In this document: one piece after another, positions 13,701-25,692 of the stretch
How the letters are laid out: every line of letters begins with the position of its first letter
Numbering within the stretch: position 1 is the first letter of the stretch
Assembly: GCF_009914755.1 (NCBI RefSeq)
Contig: NC_060948.1
DNA from: the human T2T-CHM13v2.0 reference genome, Homo sapiens
Direction: 5' to 3' (one strand)
DNA length: 64,000 bases
Position numbers and translations under genes: made by a program
The notes under the pieces: model-generated
Seen by the model: only the letters and a program-made list of their open reading frames with translations
Databases searched by the model: none
Told to the model about the DNA's origin: nothing

Positions 13701-15075
13701 GAATTTTCAGCGTTTCTGTGCTGGTTTTTCCTCACCTTCATGGATTTATCTACCTTTGATCTTTCAGGCTGATGAACTTTGGATGGGGCTTTTGCGTGGG
13801 GGTCCTTTATGTTGATTTTGATGTTGTTGCTTTCCGTTTGTTAGTTTTTCTTCTAACAAGCAGGCCTGTCTGCTGCAGGTCTGCTGTAGTTTGCTGGAGG
13901 TCCACTCCAGACCCTGTTCGCCTGGGTATCACCAGTGGAGGCTGTAGAACAGCAAAGATTGTTGCCTGCTCCTTCCTCTGGAAGCTTCGTCCCAGAGGGG
14001 CACCAGCCTGATGCCAGCTGGAGATCTCCTGTATGAGATGTCTGTCAACCCCTATTGGGAGGTCTCTCCCAGTCAGGAGGCACTGGGGTCAGGGACCTAC
14101 TTGAGGAGGCCATCTGTCCCTTACCAGAGCTGGTGTGCTGTGCTGGGAGAATCCCTTTTTTTCAGGATCAGCTGCTCTCTTCAGAGCCAGCAGGCAGGAA
14201 TGATGATATCTGCTGAAGCTGCACCCACAGCCTCCCCTTCCCTCAGGTGCTCTGTCCCAGGGAAATGGGGGTTTTGTCTATAAGTTCCTGACTGGGGCTG
14301 TTGCCTTTCCTTCAGAGATGCCCTGCCCAGTGATGAGGAATCTAGAGAAGCAGTCTGGCCACAGCCGTTTTGCTGCACTGTGGTGAATTTGCCCAGTCCA
14401 CACCTCCCAGCCTCCTTAGCACTGTCAGGGGAAAATTGCCTTATAAAGCCTCAGTAATGGCGGATGCCCCTCTTCCCACCAAGCTCGATCATCTCAGGTC
14501 AACTTCAGACTGCTGTGCTGGCAGTGAGAATTTCAAGCCAGTGATTTTTAGCTTGCTGGGCTTCGTGGGAGTGGGATCTGCTGAGTGAGACCACTTAGCT
14601 CCCTGGCTTCAGCTCCCTTTCCAGGGGAGTGAATGGTTCTGTCTTGCTGGGGTTCCAGGTGCCACTGGGGTAGGAAAAAGACTCTTGCAGCTAGGTCGGT
14701 GCCTGCCCAAACAGCCACCCAATTTTTGGCTTGAAACCCAGGGCCCTGGTGGTATAGGCACAGGAGGGAATTTCCCAATCTGCAGATTGCAAAAACTATG
14801 GGAAAAGTGTAGTAACATGGCCATGTAGCACAGTCCCTCATGGCTTCCCTTGGCTAGGGGAGGAAGGTCCCCCAGCTTCATGAACTTCCCAGGTGAAGCG
14901 ATGCCCCACCCTGCTTCTGCTCACCCTCCGTGGGTTGGACCTACTGCCTAACCAGTTCCAATGAGATGAACTGGGTACCTCAGTTGGAAATGACAAAATC
15001 ACCTTCCTTCTGTGTTGGTCTCGCTGGGAGCTGTACACAGGAGCTGTGCCTATTCGGCCACCTTGGCCCCTCTCC
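10739..15075 (-). mobile_element. L1PA (about L1PA7/8): complete 5'UTR, disrupted ORF1 and 5' half of ORF2; 3' end absent
   Basis: Minus-strand ORF fragments MTGSNSHIT... (ORF2 start at 12650), HFVTTRPALQELLKEAL (ORF1 C-terminus) and KILNKIL...[16 protein letters not shown] (RT start). The 5' end reads ggagaggggccaaggtggccgaatagg on the minus strand. Confidence 0.93.
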
Positions 15076-16340
15076 TGTTTCTAGTTCTTGAAGGTGTAAA
15101 TTTTGGTTGTGAATTTTAGATCTTTAATCCAATCATTTACAAAAAATTGTTTCTTAGCACTGGTTTTCTTTATCTCATAATTTTTTTGCATTTTTTGCAT
15201 GTTGTGTTTTAATTTTCATTTTCTCAAGATATTTTCTAATGTGATTTTTCTTTCTAATATTTTATAATGTGATTTTTTTGACCCAGTAGTTGCTTAAAAG
15301 TGTTGTTTAATTTCCACATATTTCAGAATTATCAAGTTTTTTCTGCTTTAATATATAGTTTCATTCCATTGTGATTGCAAAAGATATTTGTATGATTTCA
15401 TTCTTATTAATTACTATTAGTTTTATGGCCATATATATTATCTATCCTGCAGATATTTCCATGTGTACTTTGGAAAAATGTGTACTCTTTTGATCTCGCG
15501 TGATATGTCATGTATATGTTTGTTAGATCCAATTGGTCTATAGTGTTGTTGAAGAGCCATTATGTTCTTTTTTCTTTTTTTTTTTTTTTTTTTTTGAGAC
15601 ACAGTCTCGCCTTGTTGCCCAGGCTGGAATGCAGTGGTGCGATCTTGGCTCACTGAAATCTCCACCTCCCGGGTTCAAGCGATTCTCCTGCCCCAGCCTC
15701 CCAAGTAGCTGGGATTACAGGCGTGTGCCACTATGCCCAGCTAATTTTTGTATTTTTAGTAGAGACTGGTTTCACTATGTTGGTCAGGCTGGTCTCGAAC
15801 TCTTGACCTCGTGATCCGCCCGCCTCAGCCTCCCAAAGTGCTGGGATTACAGGCGTGAGCCACTGCACCTAGCCAAAGATCTATATTTTCTTACTGATCA
15901 TCTTTCTGGTTCTAGCCACTATTGACAATGGAACATTGAAGTCTACTATTTTTGTAGTACTGTCTCCTTTCAATTCTGTTAATGTTGGCTTCATATATTT
16001 AGAAGCTCTGATATGTAGTGCATGTATGCTAATAATTATATATTTTTGGTGAATAGACATTTATCAATACATATTGTCCTTTTTTGTCTCTTGTAACATT
16101 TTTTGGTGTAAAATCTATTGCTTACTATTAGCATAGCTATGATTGCTTTCTTTTGGCCACTATTTGCATGGACTATCTGTTTTCACCTTTTATCCTTCAA
16201 CCTATTTGTGTTCTTACTTCTAACATGAGTCTATTGTAGACAGTACATATTTAGTTCCCGGTTATTCATTCACTATGCCAGTGTAATGTCTTATAATGTC
16301 TTATAATTAAGGTGTTTAATCCATTTAAATTTTAAGCAAT
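15076..16340 (-). mobile_element. Old L1M ORF2 fragment (probable continuation of the element at 6731-9252)
   Basis: Degenerate antisense ORF2 endonuclease-region sequence, colinear with the L1PA copy from ~11660 onward. Confidence 0.7.
15568..15874 (-). mobile_element. Alu (AluS type)
   Basis: Full dimer with poly-T tail. Confidence 0.97.
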
Positions 16341-16679
16341 TGCTCATAGTCAGGACTTACTATTACCACCATATTATATTTTTTAAAAACTCTCTTTCTT
16401 CTCATATGCACCACGAATTGCGTCTGACCTTTTAGAGTATAGGTGACTTTTCTAATGAGATTCAGAAAATAATTTCCACTTGTCCATTTGGCATTTCTAC
16501 CTGTATGTTCATTACTCTTGAAGTGATTTAAGTAGGAAAAGAGGATGCTACCTTTTAAATTTGTTTCCATTATTTAACTAGAAGAGTTTGTTCATTAAAA
16601 CATTATACTCCTCAGACATGTCACTTAACTCAGGTATTATGGTACTCTCTTTTGCAAATGTGAGTCCTCGAAAATTCAT

Positions 16680-16910
16680 TAGTGTACTTTTAATTCAACA
16701 GATATGTATTGACTTTTACCCATTACATTCTTGGTATTGTTCAAGGTACTGAGTATATCACAGTGAACAAGACAGAGGAAAGCTTCTGCTCTCATGGAGA
16801 TAGACAATAAGCATAATAAATCAGTAAGTGATATAGTGTATTAGAAGATGTTTATGTGCTGTGCATAAACTAGAGAAGTGTAGGTGGGAATAGCAGTGCC
16901 ACTTGGGGGT
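16680..16910 (-). mobile_element. L2 3'-end fragment
   Basis: attcaacagatatgtattgac...cagtgaacaagacag...ctgctctcatggag resembles an antisense L2 tail. Confidence 0.55.
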
Positions 16911-16924
16911 GGGTGATTTGATGG

Positions 16925-16991
16925 CTTTTGGGTAATAAGGGTTTAGGTACTTTTGGGTAATAAGGATTTAGGTACTTTTGGGTATATAAGG
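16925..16991. repeat. Tandem repeat, 25-bp unit cttttgggtaataagggtttaggta, about 2.6 copies
   Basis: Read directly. Confidence 0.9.
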
Positions 16992-17488
16992 AAGACAGAT
17001 TTGGATCATAGTGCCAACAGAGGAGCTATGAATGAAATTAGCATAATTATATTGTGATATACAGATGATATTTGAATTTTTTTTATAATGTAAGAAATAT
17101 ATTATATGTCTATTTTATTTATTTATTGAGTATGATTCCTAGCAACAGATAACTAGCTAAATAAACTGCCTTTCTCTTAAGCTCAATGCTAATTGAAAAA
17201 GAAATTAAAGCCAGAATCCATGTAGGACAGTGAGGAATTCATGGCTATCAATATCAGGATCTCCTTTCAGAGAGCATCACAAAAGTGTGCTGATAGACAT
17301 GATGAAGGAAAATAAGGAAAATAAAAGATTCTTAGGGGAGGGAATATGCTATTTTTTGTGATAAGCAACTCCTGTTACTTCTCTTTGATAGGTACAGGAT
17401 TATAAACTAACCCTCAATTTTACCCTGTTTTGAAGAATATGTTTTAAAGTGAGCTTAAATAATACAATATAAAAATTGACTTCTTCAA

Positions 17489-17774
17489 GTGGCGAGAGCA
17501 CTCAGAGACGCGACGTGGAGCTGGCGGGTACCGAGCGGGTGCCTCAGTCTCCTTCCCCTCCCCTCGCCTAGCCTTGCCGTCTTCTCCCCGCAGATGGACC
17601 GGAACTATGTGATCCCGGAAGTTCTAGGGCCTTTGCTGTGTGTGGGATAAACGGTCATGGCGGAGGCTCCAGCTCCCGTGACAACAGCCACAACATCAGG
17701 AGCAGGAGACGCAGCGGCAGCAGCCACAGCGGCCTCCCGCACCCCGATCCCCACAGTCACTGCCCCATCCCCAG
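17489..17774 (+). pseudogene. MKRN1: MKRN1 (makorin ring finger 1)-derived fragment: 5'UTR plus first ~39 codons only
   Basis: Abrupt GC/CpG-rich insert. ATG at 17657 translates MAEAPAPVTTATTSGAGDAAAAATAASRTPIPTVTAPSP, matching the remembered MKRN1 N-terminus MAEAATPGTTATTSGAGAAAATAAAASPTPIPTVTAPSL. The symbol denotes the parent gene. Confidence 0.88.
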
Positions 17775-18161
17775 TGTCTTATTTGTACAATGTATTTTAA
17801 ATGAGGTAGCAATGCATTATAAGTATTTAATAACTAGCTTATCAATTGTTACATTATATTTGTCTAAAGTTTGAAAACCACTAATTTTAAGCATGTATCA
17901 TTGATAGATCATCAAAAACTATATTATTAATAGAACATTTATTTTCAGCTAAATTGAAGAGACGTAGCAGGGTAATAAGGCCCAGCACTTAGATTTGATT
18001 ATACAATTAAAAATATTTTACACCATAAATGAGTATTCATTAACTAGATTGAATCATCTGACTCAAGTTGGTATGTCAATCAAATGAATTTTCAAATGTT
18101 TTAAAATAATCATATATTCATACGTTGATACTAGGAGATAAAAATATGTTTTAGAGACTGC

Positions 18162-18695
18162 TAAAAGGAAGGCAAACTTTTGCCCTTACTCTTAGGGTTT
18201 TTCTGCTGGATATGGGAATTAAACTGACACGAGACAGGTCAATAGAAGAAATGTATACATATTTATTCAATACAAGTTTTACATGGCATGGGAGTCTTCA
18301 TAAATAAGGAAATGAAGAACCAAAGTCGCAGTTGGAGTTGAAAACTTACATGCTGTATTGGACAAAATGTAGTAAATTGTGAAAATGTAGCAAGGCAAAG
18401 GGGTTTGGGCTACAGGAGTTAATTGGGTAGAGTTGTGACTAAGAAGATAAGGTTGGTTTAACAAAGTTTGTACAAATTTCCCTCAGTCTCAATTTTCTGT
18501 CCTCGAAGACAAGTTTTCTTGCCTTCCAGTACAAAAAGGATATCTTTCGCATGGGAATTTCGTCTCCTGCTGTTAAGAAACAGAATGAAGGTCAGAGTGA
18601 ACTTCTTGCACCTGCTGTTTTTCAAATGCCTTTAGCTCAAAATAATTCTTATGCCAAAGAGCATATTCTGGAATGATGTGTTTTAAAATCCTTCA
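18162..18695 (-). mobile_element. ERV1 solo LTR, MER34 family
   Basis: Minus strand starts tgaagg...ctttggcataagaattattttgagctaaaggcatttga; 4-bp TSD ctgc at 18158-18161 and 18696-18699. Confidence 0.75.
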
Positions 18696-20247
18696 CTGCA
18701 TTAGATTTCAGAGTAAGAAAGGAGCAGAATATAACTCTTAAAAGGATGCTTCTGAATCTTAAAATCTCTGAGAAATTAGGAAGTAGGCTTTTCTTGAATG
18801 ACGCTGAGGTATTAACCACTTCGATTTTTTTAACAGCTCATTAATAATCAAGTAATTATATCAGAAAGATAATTAGATTTGATCCTTAGAAATGTGCCTA
18901 CATATTTTAGTGTAAAACTAAAGAGTAATGCTTTACTGAATTAACTAATTTTTAAACAGAAGACAGTGTTCAAACAAGTGAACTGTATTCATTTACTTTC
19001 ATTCATCTAAATGAAATTGTATCCTATTTTTCTAAGACTTCACGGCACTCATCCTTTTCTAATAACCAATTTTGCACCGCAATTCCTGTGGCAATTAAAA
19101 AAACAATAATTTACTTGCTTGTAGATGTTGCACTACAAAATGAGACATTTTAAAGACCAAGGATGCATGTTCCTATGAGATTGTTTTGAAGTTTTTATAT
19201 ATAATTATATTTAATGAAGTGACTGGTTATAATTTCCATGGTTTCATATAGTCTTTATGTTGTTTTTATTGCATTTTCAAAACCTCACTTTTATATTTGT
19301 CATTTTTTTCTTCAGAAATGAATCATGGAACTTTATATTTTCCTGGCCATTTCTCTTTTTATAATATGAATTTTAAAAATCAATAATGCAACCCTTTAAA
19401 AAACATTTACCAAATTTTAAATTTCTGAAGATTATTTTCAATTGAATTATGTGTAACTCACATTTTATCTTTTCCACCACAGAATACTGCTTCAAGTTGC
19501 CTCAGTACAAGTTTGTTATCTTAACATTTCTCTTTTATCCAAAGACGATTTATCCATTGTCTCCCAGAGAGTGCTCTTTGTCTCCAGATATTTGCACTTA
19601 GCATAGTAATAGTCAGGAAGACCTTTATCAATACTTTAGAATATCAATGAAAAGTCTTTTTTTTCCTCCTAACAAATGAATATTAGATGTGGAAGCTTCA
19701 CAATATGCTACATTTCTGGTATGATAATTGATTATATTTGTTTGAAGAATGATTCTTCTGCAACGTGAGCTTTTTGTTGGTTCAGTTGAAAATAATGGAA
19801 AGATCCTCTGGATCTGAGATGTGTTCAAGTGTAATAAGCAACATTTAACAAATGTTACACTGTTGCCATTTAACAAATGTCTTTGGAATTCAATTGAGCC
19901 AGGTTTTAAAGTGATAATCCATATCACCATGTGTGAAATGTAATTCAGATCTTGTTTATCCATATTTAAATTGTGTATAAAATTTATGAAAATGTCCAAA
20001 GGCTTATCAAATTGAATCATTAATTACTATCTTGAAATTATTGGTGTCAAATCAATGATTTTTGTTGATATTATATGAATATACGGATAAGCAAACTTAG
20101 ATGTGATTTCTTCATAATACATTGGCATGGCAAAATTTTTAAAATGTGCAGTTAATGAAAATTTATCCTAAATATTTGGGATTATTAAATATAAAATTAA
20201 ACATGCAGATTTTAAGGGTTTACCTCACTTACTTTTTAATCATTCCA

Positions 20248-20250
<3 letters not shown>

Positions 20251-20317
<67 letters not shown>
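20251..20317. repeat. (TA)n microsatellite at the Alu tail
   Basis: Read directly; interrupted once by cac. Confidence 0.97.
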
Positions 20318-20333
<16 letters not shown>

Positions 20334-20617
20334 GAGATGGAGTCTTGCTCAGTTGCCCAGGCTGGATTGCAGTGGCACGATCTCAGCTCACTGCAAGCTC
20401 TGCCTCCTGGGTTCATGCCATTCTCCTGCCTCAGCCTCCTGAGTAGCTAGGACTACAGGTACCCACCACCAAGCCTGGCTAATTTTTTTTTGTAGTTTTA
20501 GTAGAGACGGGGTTTCACCGTGTTAGCCAGGATGGTCTTGATCTCCTGACCTCATGATCCACCCTCCTCGGCCTCCCAAAGTGCTGGGATTACAGGTGTG
20601 AGCCACCGAACCTGGCC
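20318..20617 (-). mobile_element. Alu (AluY-like)
   Basis: Dimer with gcaagctc, gccattctcc and gtgttagccaggatgg diagnostics; TSD-like cattcat on both sides. Confidence 0.96.
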
Positions 20618-20753
20618 CATTCATTTATATTTTTAAGAATTAGTTTATGTTTATATGTATTTTCAATTATTACCTGAAAAATATTTGCTAGTAGTATCTA
20701 GTTAAAGATTATTGCATATTTAAAGTGTTTACCTGTTTACATGACTTTTAATA

Positions 20754-21062
20754 TTTTTTTTTGTTGTTTCTTTGTTTGTTTTTGAGATGGAGTCTTGCTC
20801 TGTCGCCCAGGCTGGAGTGCAGTGGCTCAATCTCGGCTCACTGCAATCTCCGCCTCCTGGGTTCAAGCAGTTCCCTGCCACAGCCTCCCAAGTAGCTGGG
20901 ATTACAGGCACCCGCCACCACACCCGGCTAATTTTTGTATTTTTAGTAGAGACAGGGTTTCACCATCTTGGCCAGGCTGGTCTTGAACTCCTGACCTTTT
21001 GATCCACCCTCCTCAGCCTCCCAAAGTGCTGGGATTATAGGCATGAGCCACCGTGCCCGGCC
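20754..21062 (-). mobile_element. Alu (AluS type)
   Basis: Full dimer. Confidence 0.96.
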
Positions 21063-23678
21063 TTGTTTTGTTTGTTAAAGGCAATTTTTTAAATAACCTG
21101 AGAAGGAAATTAAGAAATATTGATGTGCTTAGACTTTTGAAAAGCACTGTGCATATGTGAATGCATGTGCATGTGTGTGTGTATTCTTCCTACCATCAAG
21201 ATATCTTCTTTATGCCCTTCTTTCCCCTATTAGGTCTGAGCTCATATTTGTAAATGTATGTATCACAACATATTTTGCTGTTATTTGGATCAGAGAAAAA
21301 TCTGTTTTATAAAATGTACCACAAACTGACATGTCAAACTTGTTTTAAAAAATCAATTGCGGGGTGAGCAACTGTCTTTAATTTGAATTTATCCCATCTT
21401 TTATGACCAGTTTCCAACTTAGAGTTTACCCTCTTAACATCGAGTTACTTGTGTTATTTTCTCAAAGTGATGTGATTATTTTGCTTTTGCTTCATTACTG
21501 CAACAAAATTTAAATACCTTCATAAATAAGCAATTTTAGAGGAGCATGAAAACTAACAAAATGTAACAAACACACTGAAGAGATTTGATGATTTGCATTT
21601 TCATGAAGCTATTGAACAAAAAAAATATCCAGCAGCACTAATATACAGCAAATTCATCTTTCAACAATAGGGCTAACTTAATTCTTTGTGCCATATGTCT
21701 ATTAGGATTTTAAGCTGCTTGGTTGTCTGTGATCACTAAGTGAAGGTGAAGTCTAGATTAATAAAACATATTTCAAAGGCTGATGTCAAAACAGAAGCAA
21801 ATGTTCAGAGTGTGCTACTCTTTCTTTAGGTAAAATAAACAGCACCTGATTCTTCCTCTTTTCAGTATCACTTTTTGCAAAAATAAATAAATAAATAAAT
21901 CCTGTACTTATTTGTGACAATAACTTAATGTTCCATTATGTTTAATTTAACATTCTTTAAATTTAAACATTATTAGCTAATGGCAGTTTTCAAAGTACCA
22001 CCAGTTCTAACTCCTGACCCTTATGTCAGTTACTAATGAGACACTTGTGATTTACATTAACATTTGGAAACATGATCAAAATATTTTTTAAAAACAGATA
22101 ATTTTCCAGTAAGGAAATATTCTATATAATTGCCAGGTACAGTTTTATAGATTCTATGTGTTAATTACTTACTGAAGAATTGTCAAGGTGTAAGTGGAAA
22201 AGACAGAAAGGTATCATTTTGAAATTTAATAGGAACTTCAGAGAGCTAGAGACAACACTAGTCTTTTAAAATTGTAAAATGTGACCTACTGTATCTTGTA
22301 GGATGTAATCTTTTCAATTTGTATATCTTAAATAAACCATTGAATGCACTTCAGAAATCAGAACTTTTGGAAGGCTCATTGCATTTAACATTAGTTGAAC
22401 TCAGTATTGGACCTAGAGTCATTATACCTATTTGGGAATATTTTATTATGAATGAAGGTGCCCCAACACTACAGTTTATAGAGCTCTTAAGCACAAATCT
22501 CTTTTAGCAATATTTTTCCTTCAATGCCATGAGATTCATAGCTCTAATTTTAACAGTCCTATGATCCAACTTGTCTTCACTGTAAATAGAAGCAAAATTT
22601 TGTATTATGAAGGCTGTACCAAGCAATAATCAATTCTTATTAAATAGAAAATATGTGATTCCTTTATTCACACAAGCATATAATCAGAAAAAAATATTTT
22701 TACTGATTTTATTTTAATCCTTATAGTACCATGCAATTGTCTTAGTTTTTCTTCAGAACAGCATCACTCTAGTATGATCAAATTATCCACAGATAATTTC
22801 GTATCTGTGAAGCTCCCCCATCCCACGTTTTTTCATTATATTATACCATGGCCATCTCTGTGTTAATAATGTCATCACTAGATCATATGTATCATTTATC
22901 AAAAGTGAGCAGGAACACATCCTGAATGCAAAATCATTTTAGTAATAGCAACTAATTAAAGTGAATTAAAAGTGAACTGATTAAACTGTATAGTTAATGG
23001 ATGTAGTGGCTTGAAAATATAAAATTATATATATATATATCCAAAGACAATTCATCAATTTTGCCAAGTAAAATGAATATATTCTTGTTTCAGAATTAGT
23101 CTCTTATTTTTAAGATAATCCTATGACTTTTGAATGTTATAGAATTTAATTATTCAGCAGATAACAAATTGTAATCATGATTTCTCTGATCAATACAATG
23201 TATTTTTGATCTACAAAGAGGGTATATGAGCAATAAAAATCCCAGAAATGTTGCCCATAATGATTTCAAATGCCTTAGAATGATTAATATTATAAATTTA
23301 GAAAGATATTTTTGTGTAGATTTATTTTTGATTTTTACGAAAAATAATGATTTTTGAGAGTTTTTATTTCATAGTTTCACGGTAAGTTGTCTTGTTTAAT
23401 GGTCCTCTAATGAGAGTCAGGGTAAGAGATGTGATTAAATATAATATTGTGGCAAAAGGAGATGTCTATAGAATAAAAATTGTGAAATAATCATATTCTA
23501 AAATTGTTCTAATTAGGGTAGTCTGACATCATTAAAATTTCATTACTCTAATATGATCATATTAAAATGCCAAAAAAAGAGTCTATTATAAACATATTTA
23601 GAAAACTTAATCAGCATTCCCAGTTTTCTCTCATACACACATATAAATATATATGTTTCTGAAATTATCAAAGAACCA

Positions 23679-24041
23679 TGTCTTAATCTGCTCAGGCTGC
23701 TAGAACAAAATGCTATTAACTAGGTGGCTTATAAACAACATAAATTTATTTCTCAGAGTTCTGGAGGCTAAGAAGTCCTAGATCAAATTGTTGGCAAATT
23801 CAGTGTCTGGTGAAGGCTCACTTCCTGGTTCATAGACAAGGAGGCATCTTTTCACCGTGTACTCACAGGGAAGAAAGGGTAAGAGATCTTTGAAGTCACT
23901 TATATAAGGGCACTAATCTGATTTATAAGGGATCTGCCCTCATGACCTAAGCACTTACCAAAGGCCAACTTCCAGATGCCATCACATTAGTGATTATGTT
24001 TTAACATATGAATTTTAGGGTGACACAAACATTCACTCTAT
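23679..24041 (-). mobile_element. MaLR solo LTR (MLT1A/MST type), antisense
   Basis: tgtcttaatctgctcaggctgct...aaatttatttctcagagttctggaggct...gacacaaacattca. Confidence 0.8.
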
Positions 24042-24130
24042 GTTAGACCATGTGGCTTAAATAATCTGAATCTTACTTCGGACCTACTAAAACAGAACAG
24101 AATATTTGAATTTTGAAACCCAGGAATTTG

Positions 24131-25631
24131 TGATGGCAGTGGCGGCTGTCTGGAGTGGCCACTGCCATGACACCAGCTGCAGTGGGGGAGGCTTGACCAG
24201 GGTTGCATGCTCCATGGAGCCTGTGGGAACCAGGAACAGGTGGGAGCCCCTCCTCCTTCTGAATTGGAGGGGTGACAGCCTCGCCTTCCCAGGTGCAGTT
24301 GCAGGGGCCCAGCTGGGACTGCTGCCCCAGGTATCCTGTGCTCTTGGGGATCCAGGAAGCCCTCCTGCCCCAGCAGGCTTGAAAGAGCCTGCACCTGCTG
24401 CTTGGCCTCTCAGCTCTCCAGCTGCCCACTCCAATTTTGGAGCAAAGTTGAGGCCAAGCCTGGGCACTGTGGCAACCTGGTGGGATGTGTGTGAGCTTTT
24501 GGCGGTCCTGACATGCCCATGGCTGCCTCAGCCCCCTCCAGACTTTGACCACCCACAAACAAGGGAGGGAAGCAGAGGGGGTGCTGAGGGCAGCTGGGCA
24601 TGGGCCTGAAGGTGTCCTTTGGCATGAACAGCCTGGGTGCCATAGATGTCATGATTGATAGTGGGTGCCATGGATGACATGATTGATAGCGTCAGGAGGC
24701 ATAGAGGCTTCTGCTCAGAAAAGGGCATGTCCCTGGTGAAGTCCCACCTTCCGGTCAGAGAAGGCCTGAAGCCTGGGGGCCCGTTGGCCAGTTCCTCAGA
24801 CCAGAGTGAGAATGCGTGCTTTTTCTGGCCTGCCTATGGCTGTCCATGGACCAATCAGCATGGACTTTCTCCCGTCTCAAGCCCATAAAAACTCCAGGAC
24901 TCAGTGAGAATTGGACAAACGACAGATGATCTAACTGCTGTTAGGAGCTACCCACTCCGTGTCTTCTGAGAGGTGCGCTTTCACTCAACAAAGCATCTCT
25001 TCACTTTGCTCACACTCCAATTGTCTGCATACCTCATTCTTCCTGGACACAGGACTCAGGACCCACCAAATGGCAGGGCTGAAAGAGCTGTAACACAAAC
25101 AGGGCTGAAACACCACCCCCCCACCCCAACTTGCCACGTTGGGGGTGATGAGGATAGAAGAGAGCATAAGAGAAGAGCTGTGCCCTTTGGGGAGCCTGGA
25201 CCTAGGAGCTCCCTGAGCCAGGGCTGTGACACCCTTTTTGGGGCTCTGTGGGTCCTGGCATCTCCAAGATTCCAGGTGCCACCATGTTCCCTGGTGCCCA
25301 ATTCACTTGCAGTACAGTTGGTTCAGCTGCAGCCTTGCAGGGATCCAGTGCCCACGCTGGCACCTGCAGCTGCCCACCTCACCACAGCCAGTGTACCTGG
25401 TTATGCGCAGTGGCCGGAACTTGTGCTTGCTCACTCACACACCCCTCTCCTCCCTGCATTTGACTTGCCTTTGGCAGGCATGGGTTCCGGGCTGGTAGTG
25501 AGACCTGAGTGCAGCCTGCCAAGCCGAGTGGGTGGAATAAGCCCAGTGGGCCCGAGCAAAACTCGAGCAAAGGCACCATCGGCCACAGAGGATTCTGTCT
25601 GGTGAAGCAATACCCCAAAGATCTTGTGACA
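24131..25631 (+). mobile_element. ERV1 solo LTR, MER52 family (GC-rich, ~1.5 kb)
   Basis: Starts tgatggcagtggcggctgtctggagtggccactgccatgacaccagctgcag and ends ...tgtgaca; explains the cluster of spurious ORFs at 24038-25647. Confidence 0.8.
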
Positions 25632-25692
25632 TATGCATGATTAACAAATTAACTAGGTGATTTCTACGTAGCTGATGTTTTGAAAACCACTT
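25632..25692 (+). mobile_element. MER5-like hAT fragment, right half (left half at ~24065-24130), split by the MER52 LTR
   Basis: gacctactaaaacagaa...cccaggaatttg [LTR] tatgcatgattaacaa...aggtgatttct...tttgaaaaccact rejoins into a MER5A-like sequence. Confidence 0.55.

Noticed and set aside
10788-13772. L1 ORF1/ORF2 pieces as an active retrotransposon
   Set aside because: Multiple frameshifts and stops, and the 3' half is missing.
17638-17874. 78-aa ORF MCGINGHGGG...
   Set aside because: Alternative frame of the MKRN1 fragment from a GTG start; the meaningful frame starts at ATG 17657.
19063-19100. ttttgcaccgcaatt resembling MADE1/mariner ends
   Set aside because: Too short, with no palindromic partner.
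23375-23381. Possible 7-nt microexon (catag|tttcacg|gtaagt)
   Set aside because: Not frame-preserving and not part of the PCDH11 protein as I recall it; expected by chance.
24038-25647. Cluster of overlapping ORFs up to 210 aa
   Set aside because: All lie inside the GC-rich MER52 LTR; no recognisable domains.
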